In this document: piece by piece, positions 20,910 through 28,537 of the stretch
Layout of the letters: the number at the start of each line of letters is the position of its first letter
How positions within the stretch are numbered: position 1 is the first letter of the stretch
Assembly (NCBI GenBank): GCA_964470615.1
Contig: CAYYDH010000002.1
Location: 1 to 36,341, forward strand
Reading direction: 5' to 3'
Length of the DNA: 36,341 bases
From: an uncultured Candidatus Saccharibacteria bacterium
GTDB lineage: Bacteria; Patescibacteriota; Minisyncoccia; Minisyncoccales; GWA2-38-27
Made by a program: the position numbers and the translations under genes
Notes under the pieces: generated by a model
Told to the model about the DNA's origin: nothing
What the model saw: the letters and a program-made list of their open reading frames with translations, nothing else
Databases searched by the model: none

Positions 20910-20918
20910 ATTATAGCA
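20910..20918 (-). promoter_or_regulatory. Extended -10 element TGCTATAAT for the phosphohexomutase gene
   Basis: The minus strand reads ...ccgttaTGCTATAATaattcattATG. Only 8 nt separate the -10 hexamer from the start codon. Confidence 0.45.
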
Positions 20919-20948
20919 TAACGGGAGATAAATTTAAGTCAGAAAGAG

Positions 20949-20977
20949 TTGACCTGCTACTTATTTCCTGCTACAAT
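20949..20977 (+). promoter_or_regulatory. Promoter TTGACC-17-TACAAT for rpsF-ssb-rpsR
   Basis: The hexamers at 20949-20954 and 20972-20977 have a 17-nt spacer. The -10 ends 22 nt upstream of the ATG at 21000. Confidence 0.65.
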
Positions 20978-20999
20978 AGCTTTATCAATTTATAACAAT

Positions 21000-21900
<901 letters not shown>

Positions 21901-21938
21901 AATTCAAAACGCGGATTTTAAGATTTATATATTTATTT

Positions 21939-22136
21939 ATGACTTGCTATTTTTGCCAAAGAAACGTAAGAGAAATTGATTTTAAAGACACCGAACTTTT
22001 GAAGAAGTTCGTTTCTGGTTTGGCCAAGATAAGAGCCAAAAAAAGAACAGGAACCTGCTCTAAGCACCAAAGAAAGCTAGCTGCAGCCGTTAAAAGAGCT
22101 AGACACCTAGGGTTATTGCCTTGTACAACTAAATAA
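21939..22136 (+). CDS. rpsR: 30S ribosomal protein S18
   Basis: CYFC...IDFKD...LKKF...GKI-like...TGTCSKHQRKLAAAVKRARHLGLLP. Confidence 0.95.
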   Translation: MTCYFCQRNVREIDFKDTELLKKFVSGLAKIRAKKRTGTCSKHQRKLAAAVKRARHLGLLPCTTK

Positions 22137-22142
22137 CAAAAA

Positions 22143-22169
22143 AGACCCGCTACTGAGGCGGGCCTTTTT
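22143..22169. terminator. Bidirectional hairpin terminator between convergent rpsR and rnj
   Basis: cccgc (22146-22150) pairs with gcggg (22158-22162) around a 7-nt loop. An A-run lies upstream and ttttt downstream. Confidence 0.55.
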
Positions 22170-22171
22170 GT

Positions 22172-23869
22172 TTATACTTCAATAACAACCGGGAGAATCA
22201 TTGGGCGTCTTTTAGTTTTAGAGTGGAGAAACTCGCCTATTTTGTTCCTGATTTCGTCTTTCACGTAAACCCAGTTTACCGCTCCGCCCGTCCCAGCTGC
22301 TTTATCTATTATTTCGATAAGCTTTCTTCTGGTTTGAGCCAGCAAATCCTTTGATTCTCGAAGATAAACAAATCCTCTGGAGATTATATCTGGAGACCCG
22401 CAGACCTTGCCGGTTTGCCGGTCAATTACCGCCACAATGACAAACATGCCATCTTTAGCCAGCATCTGGCGGTCTCTTAAGACAACCTCGCCCACATCTC
22501 CAATGCCCAAACCGTCAACCATGATATAGTTTGAAGGAACGGTCTTTTTCTCAACGAAAAGCTCTTTTTTATTCAAGTTGATTATCTGGCCGTTTTCTGC
22601 AACCAGGATATTCTCAGAAGGAACGCCGGACATTTTTGCTATTTCGCCGTGGTTGATAAGCATTGAGTATTGCCCATGAATTGGGATAAAGAATTTTGGC
22701 TTCATTATTTTAATCATTTCCTTTAATTCTTCTATCTGAGCGTGGCCTCCGGCATGAATGTCCATCATTTTGTAGTTGAAAACCTTAGCGCCCTGGCGAT
22801 AAAGTTCGTCAATCAATATTTGAACGGTTCTTTCGTTGCCAGGTACTACCGAGGAAGACAAAATTACTTTGTCTCCTTTTTTCAGCCGCAGAAATTTATG
22901 TTCCTTATTGGCAATGCGCATTAGGACGGCTTGACCTTCTCCTTGGGCGCCAGTACAGACAACAGTTATTTTAGAATCAGGGTATCTATCAATATCTTTT
23001 ACGCCAATAAAGGTTCCCTTTTTGAATTTTAAGTAACCCAAGGACTTAGCCAATTCAACGTTAGTTTTCATCGAGTAGCCCTCAACGCAAACCTTTCTTC
23101 CGTATTTTTCAGAGATGTTAATTATTTGCTGCACTCTGCTTAAGAGCGAAGAAAAGGTGGCGGCTATCACCCGGCCCTCGGAGTTTTTGAATATTTCATC
23201 TAAGTCTTTTCCTATTGATTTTTCTGGAATTGAGTGCCCAGGTTCTTCAGCGCCCGTAGAGTCGGTCATCAAAAGACTGATTTTCTGTTTCCCGATTCTC
23301 TTCAGTTTTTCAAAGTCAGTCGGCTTGTCGTTTACCGGGCTGTCGTCAAACTTAAAGTCAGAAGCGTAAACTATATTACCGACCGGCGTCTTGATAAAGA
23401 GTCCAAAATCATCGGGGATATTGTGGTTTAGATGGAAGAGTTCAACCTCGAAGGGCCCTAGATTTATCCTATCTCCGTCTTTCACGGTCGTGATGTTTAT
23501 TTTCGGTCCGCCCGAAAAGTCTTCCTGTCTTTTCAAGATTATGCCGCGGGCAAAACCACCGGCGTAAAAACGGGGGTTGCCAAGCTGTTTTAAGAAGTAG
23601 GGAATAGCGCCAATATGGTCATAATGGCCATGAGTGATTATAACCCCCAGGATGTCTCTTGCTCGGCTTCTGAGGCAATCAATGTTGGGCAATATGTAGT
23701 CAATGCCCGGCATGTCTTCTCCTGGGAAGCGGAATCCCATGTCAGCAATTAAGATTTTCCGGCCATATTCAAAAACCGTCATATTACGGCCAATTTCGCC
23801 AAGCCCTCCGAGAGGGATTATTTTAAGATTTTCTTCCATTCTACTTTTCTGTTTAATTATTTTTTCCAT
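22172..23869 (-). CDS. rnj: Ribonuclease J (beta-CASP metallo-beta-lactamase)
   Basis: IIPLGGLGEIGRNM, the HGHYDHIG motif, beta-CASP motifs and a C-terminal domain are present. Length is 565 aa. Confidence 0.92.
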   Translation of the reverse strand: MEKIIKQKSRMEENLKIIPLGGLGEIGRNMTVFEYGRKILIADMGFRFPGEDMPGIDYILPNIDCLRSRARDILGVIITHGHYDHIGAIPYFLKQLGNPRFYAGGFARGIILKRQEDFSGGPKINITTVKDGDRINLGPFEVELFHLNHNIPDDFGLFIKTPVGNIVYASDFKFDDSPVNDKPTDFEKLKRIGKQKISLLMTDSTGAEEPGHSIPEKSIGKDLDEIFKNSEGRVIAATFSSLLSRVQQIINISEKYGRKVCVEGYSMKTNVELAKSLGYLKFKKGTFIGVKDIDRYPDSKITVVCTGAQGEGQAVLMRIANKEHKFLRLKKGDKVILSSSVVPGNERTVQILIDELYRQGAKVFNYKMMDIHAGGHAQIEELKEMIKIMKPKFFIPIHGQYSMLINHGEIAKMSGVPSENILVAENGQIINLNKKELFVEKKTVPSNYIMVDGLGIGDVGEVVLRDRQMLAKDGMFVIVAVIDRQTGKVCGSPDIISRGFVYLRESKDLLAQTRRKLIEIIDKAAGTGGAVNWVYVKDEIRNKIGEFLHSKTKRRPMILPVVIEV

Positions 23870-23889
23870 AATTTTTTAAGTTAATTTAG

Positions 23890-23973
23890 TGCGGACGGAG
23901 AGAGTTGAACTCTCACGGGCTTGCGCCCCTTGGCTCCTGAGGCCAAGGCGTCTGCCAGTTCCGCCACGTCCGC
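23890..23973 (-). tRNA. tRNA-Leu (anticodon CAG), class II with long variable arm, no encoded CCA
   Basis: The reverse complement folds by hand as follows. The acceptor stem GCGGACG/CGTCCGC has 7 perfect bp. The D-stem is GCG/CGC, with D-loop GAACTGGCAGA. The anticodon stem is TTGGC/GCCAA with loop CTCAGGA. The variable arm is GGGC-GCAA-GCCC. The T-arm is GAGAG-TTCAACT-CTCTC, and the discriminator is A. Confidence 0.95.
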
Positions 23974-24555
23974 TTATTTCAAAGAATCCAAGTTTTGAGG
24001 GATTTCTTTAAGGGAGCTTTCAAAGCGCAGTTCAGGAACCTCCTTATAATTCTCATTTTTTACCCAACCATTTTCCGTATAGTAATAGCAGGCGCCTTGC
24101 AAGCTTTCAAAAAGCGAGAAGTCGTTCCGGCAGTTTTTACAAATCCAATTAGCCATTTTGAGATCTTTTTCTGAGGGGTTGATAGTTACGTGGCCGTAAC
24201 CCGATGGGATAAGCGCGGCTTCGCCTTTTTTTGCTTTGATGGCGCAGACATCAGCAATTTTATTTTCGTCGCCTTTTTGCATCAAATAAATCGCTTCGCC
24301 TTCTAAAACTATATATAATTCGCCGTAGCTTTCAGTGTGGTTGTGCCCCTTTGTTTTAACAAACTCTTGGCCAAGCTTTCTAGCCGGGATAACAGTAATA
24401 TCGTATCTTAGGCCTTCTTTTTCTTCTAGCCCCCTATACATATAGTATAACTCAAGGTCTGGGGTTTTTCCCGCCCATTCCTGGTCGTACAAAACCGTCT
24501 TCATATCGCTTAGCTTCCTTATGCCAGGAGTTTTATTTTTTAGATCTATTTCCAT
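23974..24555 (-). CDS. pgi: Cupin-type (archaeal-type) glucose-6-phosphate isomerase
   Basis: The 193-aa protein has the cupin metal motifs TKGHNHTESYGELYIVLEGEA and IPSGYGHVTIN. Size and motif spacing match the cPGI family (Pfam GPI, PF06560), by recollection. Confidence 0.78.
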   Translation of the reverse strand: MEIDLKNKTPGIRKLSDMKTVLYDQEWAGKTPDLELYYMYRGLEEKEGLRYDITVIPARKLGQEFVKTKGHNHTESYGELYIVLEGEAIYLMQKGDENKIADVCAIKAKKGEAALIPSGYGHVTINPSEKDLKMANWICKNCRNDFSLFESLQGACYYYTENGWVKNENYKEVPELRFESSLKEIPQNLDSLK

Positions 24556-26540
24556 ACTCTTTTAGTTTTTATATACCAATTCTCAATTCCGGTGAAGCGC
24601 CTTGAAGGATCAGCTATTTCCTTAGCATCTATTCCTTTTATCTCGTTTGAAACGGAATAGATGTAAGACGGGCTGTAAAGAAATACTGCCGGGGCGTCGC
24701 TAATCAAGATATCCTGCAATTCAGCTAGTTTTTCATTGCGGGTTTTTTCATCCGACGTTTTTCTTATCGTTTCCAACAGTTCGTCAACTTTTTGGTTTTC
24801 GTAACCTGCTAAATTAAGACCCGGGTCTTTTTTCTGCGAGGAGTGCCAGAAGGGAAGAGGATCAGGTATAGCGCCCAATATTTCTCCGAAAAGAAGGATA
24901 TCGTAATTTCTCGGCTTGATAAAATCTTGTTCAATCTGGGTGCCAGATAACTTTTTGATTTCAAGCCTTACCCCGACTGCTTCCCACTGCTTTTTTAATG
25001 CTTCAGCTGCTTTGATCAATTGCGGTTGGTCTACGGTAATAAGGGAAAAGCTGAGAAGAGATGTTTCTGGAGAAGACTTGAAACAGACTTGGCTCAGCTT
25101 TTTTCTGGTGTTTTCTCCTACTACGCCGTTGCCGTTTTTAAACCCAGATGGCTCCAGTATTTCTTCAGCATACTTTTCCTGAAACTTTATAACCGCTTCT
25201 TTGGTTTTAGGCCCGAAATAGTTAGTCACTTCGCCGTTAGGATAAATGTCTAGGAAGGTAGCTAGGCACTTCTGGAGTTCGCCTACTTCCACTCCTTGGG
25301 AATCCTGCTTTAGGTTGCTTTTGAACTGGAAGGCCGGATCCTTTTTGACAACCTTTTCTCTTACGCCGTCTTGGTCTTGATCTTGGAATCCAGCTTTATC
25401 CAAAATATCTTTTGCCTGGTCTATATTATACTCGTAAACCTTGGAAGGGGCGGGCAAGCCGTAAACCTCTGGCAAGACAGGAGAATCAACGATTAGGGAG
25501 TTTTCTTCGCCAAACTCCAAGACCGTTCCGGCAATTTCATTTTTATCCGTCGCGTAGTTTAAAGCAATTCTTATTTGCTTATCAGCTAAAATGTCTGATT
25601 TAGCTAGATTGAAAAACACAGCAAAGTATCGCGGGAAGCGCAGATAATAATTTTGCCAGTTGCTATTCTCGGTCGGGCTGTTGGTTGACCAGCCCATTAT
25701 CTTTCCGTTCTTTGCCGCTTTCTCTAGTTCTTTTTCGTCATTGAAAAAAAGGAACTTTATCTTGGTAATATTGGGGCTTTTGCCAGAATAGTCTGAGCTT
25801 GAAGAAAGAGTCACCGAGCTTATATAGTCCGGTTTCTTCTGTTCTATGTCAACCAATCGGTAGGGACCTGATCCGACCGGCCTTAAGTTATAAATGGACA
25901 GATGAAAGCTTTGGGACGGGATGTTTTCCCAAATATGCTTTGGCAGTATCTTAAGAGTGCAGTTTTCCAAAAAAGCGCTATACGGTTTCTTCAATTTTAA
26001 CCTGAGTTCCCAATCGCTTATCTTTTCAGCTTCTACACCTACCCAGCTGGCTTGCAAGGGGCTTTTAAATTCCGGATTCTGGATTGTTTTTATCGTAAAG
26101 ATAACGTCGTCGGAAGTGAGAGGATACTTGTCTTGCCAGAGCAGGTCTTTTTTGAGGGTAAATTTGTAGCTTCTTCCGTCCTCCTCTATCTCATATTTTT
26201 CAACCAAGTCCGGCACTACCCGCATTTTTTCATCGTATTTCATCAAGCCGGCGAATATAAGCTGAACTAGGTCGCGGTCAGCATCAGAATTAGCATAGAT
26301 TGGATTAATGAAGCCTGGCTGTCCGATCAGCCCCTCTACGTAAGTTCCTCCGCGGCTGGGAACGGGCTTGGTATTTTGAAGATAGAAGGTCGAACAGATA
26401 AAAATCAGCGAAGAGAGAAAAAGAACAAAGAATGCGCCGAAAACAATCTTTTCTTTCCGGCTCAAAACCTTGAAAAGTTGGACCCATTGCTTCTTGCTGG
26501 GCCATTTCTCTGCCTTAAAGAGAAAATTCTCGATTATCAT
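24546..26540 (-). CDS. Membrane-anchored family-5 (peptide/nickel-type) solute-binding protein with an embedded peptidoglycan-binding domain
   Basis: An N-terminal TM anchor (IVFGAFFVLFLSSLIFICSTFYL) is present. SBP_bac_5-like blocks include GGTYVEGLIGQPGFINP, LMKYDEKMRVVPDLVEKYEIEEDGRSYKFTLKKDLLWQD and GSGPYRL. A PG_binding_1-like insert (GVEVGELQKCLATFL...YFGPKTKEAVIKFQEKY...VVGENTRKKL) lies at about nt 25095-25318. The start is set at the ATG at 26540, because the track's 26612 start would overlap secG. Confidence 0.85.
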   Translation of the reverse strand: MIIENFLFKAEKWPSKKQWVQLFKVLSRKEKIVFGAFFVLFLSSLIFICSTFYLQNTKPVPSRGGTYVEGLIGQPGFINPIYANSDADRDLVQLIFAGLMKYDEKMRVVPDLVEKYEIEEDGRSYKFTLKKDLLWQDKYPLTSDDVIFTIKTIQNPEFKSPLQASWVGVEAEKISDWELRLKLKKPYSAFLENCTLKILPKHIWENIPSQSFHLSIYNLRPVGSGPYRLVDIEQKKPDYISSVTLSSSSDYSGKSPNITKIKFLFFNDEKELEKAAKNGKIMGWSTNSPTENSNWQNYYLRFPRYFAVFFNLAKSDILADKQIRIALNYATDKNEIAGTVLEFGEENSLIVDSPVLPEVYGLPAPSKVYEYNIDQAKDILDKAGFQDQDQDGVREKVVKKDPAFQFKSNLKQDSQGVEVGELQKCLATFLDIYPNGEVTNYFGPKTKEAVIKFQEKYAEEILEPSGFKNGNGVVGENTRKKLSQVCFKSSPETSLLSFSLITVDQPQLIKAAEALKKQWEAVGVRLEIKKLSGTQIEQDFIKPRNYDILLFGEILGAIPDPLPFWHSSQKKDPGLNLAGYENQKVDELLETIRKTSDEKTRNEKLAELQDILISDAPAVFLYSPSYIYSVSNEIKGIDAKEIADPSRRFTGIENWYIKTKRVWK

Positions 26541-26545
26541 TCTAT

Positions 26546-26767
26546 TTAAACAAGAGAAAGATTCATTACGGCCAGAATGACAAAGATGACGCCGAGAACG
26601 ATAGTAGCCCAAAATATGTATTTTTGGACGCCTCGGCGGGTAGAATAAAAGCTACCACCGTCACCTCCAAAAGCGCCGCCTAAAGCAGTGCCTCTTTGCT
26701 GAAAGAGAATAAGCGCCACAATAGATATAGCAATCACTATTTGAGCAATTGGTAAAATTGTTTCCAT
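26546..26767 (-). CDS. secG: Preprotein translocase subunit SecG
   Basis: The 73-aa protein has two TM helices around a Gly-rich loop (LFQQRGTALGGAFGGDGGSFYSTRRG). Confidence 0.85.
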   Translation of the reverse strand: METILPIAQIVIAISIVALILFQQRGTALGGAFGGDGGSFYSTRRGVQKYIFWATIVLGVIFVILAVMNLSLV

Positions 26768-26792
26768 AAAAAGAAGTTATTTTAAGAGTTTT

Positions 26793-27158
26793 TTAATCCT
26801 TTTTTCGGTAAGATTCAACTAGTCCGAAGAGAAAGCTTAAGGCCCAAATTATGAGGGTTGTCCAGAAAAGTGCGATTAGGCCGTGGATTTCAAAGTCGCT
26901 AGGGAAGAAAATATCAGCTACTACCCAGACCAACACCATATTCACCACCAAGCTGAATAATCCGAGCGTCAGTATTTTCAAAGGGAAGGCAATGGTACTG
27001 AGAAGGGGCTTTATCAGAAAGTTTACTACTCCCAGGACCACTCCGATTATGACCAGAGTCTTAATAGTCCCATGGAATTCCACGTTTGGAACGTATCTTT
27101 GAGCTAAATACAAGCCTAAAATCCCGGAAATAATATGGAAGAGTAACTTTCCTAACAT
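26793..27158 (-). CDS. DUF360 / phage-holin-4_2 family small membrane protein
   Basis: It has four TM segments with the family signature ...VNFLIKPLLSTIAFPLKILTLGLFSLVVNMVLVWV.... The ATG at 27158 gives the typical ~121 aa. An alternative GTG at 27212 would overlap the uvrC stop (GTGA). Confidence 0.78.
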   Translation of the reverse strand: MLGKLLFHIISGILGLYLAQRYVPNVEFHGTIKTLVIIGVVLGVVNFLIKPLLSTIAFPLKILTLGLFSLVVNMVLVWVVADIFFPSDFEIHGLIALFWTTLIIWALSFLFGLVESYRKKD

Positions 27159-27208
27159 TATAGCAATGATAGCAGGCTTTTGGGTCGAGGTCAATACCCC
27201 GATCAAAA

Positions 27209-28435
27209 TCACGACAATAAGTTTTTTCTCCTGATTCTATGATGGTAGGCAACAGCAAAACGATGGGATTCATCCCGGATTTGGAGAATTATGTTGGAAA
27301 CTTCTCGAGGCAGGGTTTTAAGAAATATTGGTTTCTTTTCCCCTTCGATAAATAACTCGTTATTTCTTTTGGCTAAGCCCACAACTTTAAATCCTGCATT
27401 TTGTTTCCTCGCTTTTATGGCAGCGTTAAGCTGTGCCTTCCCTCCGTCAATCAGCATTAGCTCAGGGATAGGCCATTCTGAATGCCTTAACCTTCTGCTT
27501 ATAACCTCTCTTATCATAGCTGTGTCATTGGGTTTTCCAGCTATTTTTATCTTAAACTTCCTGTACAGGCTTTTATTCGGCAGGCCGTTGATAAAAACAA
27601 CCATTGAGCCGGTTGCTTCCTGGCCTTGGATATTAGAAATATCGTATCCTTCGATTCGGGAGATGTTTTGTTTTATCCCGACTGCTTTTTTAAAAAGCGC
27701 CTGGGTTTTTTGCCAATTAGTTATTGGCTCAAGAACCCTTGCATTTTCCATTATCCTTTCAAAGGTTCTAATTTGGTCTCTTAATCGGGCTGCTTTTTCA
27801 AAGTCCTGGCTCTTGGAAGCTGACTTCATTTCTTTTCTTAGCTTTTCTAAGACAGAACTCTTTTTTCCCCTTAAGACTTCAGTTAGGTTTTTTAAGCTTT
27901 TCTTGTACTGTTTTAAATCAGGGTCAGGTCCTGGGCAAAGCCCTAAATGGCACCAAAGGCATTGGTTTTTAGGATGCTTTTTTGAAGAGTAATAGGGAAA
28001 GGCCTTGCGGAGAAGGCGGAGTGCTTTCTTAAGCGCTGTTCCGTCTACAAAGGGGCCGGTGAGATTCAGAGTTCTTTTTGGCTGATGGGTTATTGAAACA
28101 AAAGGAGGCTTTTCTTTACTGATTACAACGTAAAAGTAGTTCTTGTCGTCCCGCCACATTATATTGTATCTAGGCCGGTGCTTCTTTATCAAGCTTGCCT
28201 CCAGCAGCAAGGCTCCTATTTCTGAGCCGGTTTCTAGGAATCCTATTTTCTTAACCTTGTCTAAAAACAAGTTATCCCGGTAGTTGGGTTGTTGAAAGTG
28301 GTTTTTTATTCTTTCTTTTAGGTCTGTTGCTTTGCCGATATAAAGGATTTCCTTGTTGTTTTTGAAGATATAAACGCCTGGCGTCCGCGGCAGCTTTTCT
28401 GTATTGCTTTTTGAGAAGAAAATAAAACCTTCCAT
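27209..28435 (-). CDS. uvrC: Excinuclease ABC subunit C, short form lacking the C-terminal (HhH)2 domain
   Basis: It has GIY-YIG (PGVYIFKNNKEILYIGKATDLKERIKNHF), a Cys motif (CLWCHLGLCPGP) and a UVR motif (FEKAARLRDQIRTFERI). The RNase H-like endonuclease domain is also present (IEGYDISNIQGQEATGSMVVF...YRKFKIK...LIDGGKAQL...IRDESHRFAV). The protein ends 15-20 aa after that last block. Confidence 0.9.
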   Translation of the reverse strand: MEGFIFFSKSNTEKLPRTPGVYIFKNNKEILYIGKATDLKERIKNHFQQPNYRDNLFLDKVKKIGFLETGSEIGALLLEASLIKKHRPRYNIMWRDDKNYFYVVISKEKPPFVSITHQPKRTLNLTGPFVDGTALKKALRLLRKAFPYYSSKKHPKNQCLWCHLGLCPGPDPDLKQYKKSLKNLTEVLRGKKSSVLEKLRKEMKSASKSQDFEKAARLRDQIRTFERIMENARVLEPITNWQKTQALFKKAVGIKQNISRIEGYDISNIQGQEATGSMVVFINGLPNKSLYRKFKIKIAGKPNDTAMIREVISRRLRHSEWPIPELMLIDGGKAQLNAAIKARKQNAGFKVVGLAKRNNELFIEGEKKPIFLKTLPREVSNIILQIRDESHRFAVAYHHRIRRKNLLS

Positions 28436-28444
28436 GGCTGCTTA

Positions 28445-28473
28445 ATCTTAGAACAGAAAGGGCTGCGTTTCAA
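28445..28473 (-). promoter_or_regulatory. Candidate uvrC promoter TTGAAA-17-TAAGAT (minus strand)
   Basis: On the minus strand, TTGAAA is 28473-28468 and TAAGAT is 28450-28445. Only 9 nt lie between the -10 and the uvrC ATG. Confidence 0.4.
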
Positions 28474-28483
28474 CCTGCTACTC

Positions 28484-28512
28484 TTGCAATTTCCTCTTAA
28501 AATCGCTATAAT
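28484..28512 (+). promoter_or_regulatory. uvrA promoter TTGCAA-17-TATAAT
   Basis: The hexamers at 28484-28489 and 28507-28512 have a 17-nt spacer. The -10 ends 25 nt upstream of the uvrA ATG. Confidence 0.65.
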
Positions 28513-28537
28513 GGATTACCAATTTTAATCTCCAATT

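Noticed and set aside
22137-22171. Absence of rplI (L9) after rpsR as evidence for a lineage-specific ribosomal protein loss
   Set aside because: rplI is not always adjacent to rpsR in bacteria, and a 36-kb window cannot establish absence.
27291-27992. 233-aa plus-strand ORF
   Set aside because: It lies entirely antisense to uvrC, whose translation carries all the conserved UvrC motifs. The antisense product is a hydrophobic shadow-frame artefact.
28445-28475. LexA/SOS operator in the uvrA-uvrC spacer (GAACAGAAAGGGCTGCGTTTC)
   Set aside because: The half-sites GAAC...GTTTC are 12 nt apart. The sequence fits neither CTGT-N8-ACAG nor the GAAC-N4-GTTC Cheo box, and no operator is seen upstream of recA.
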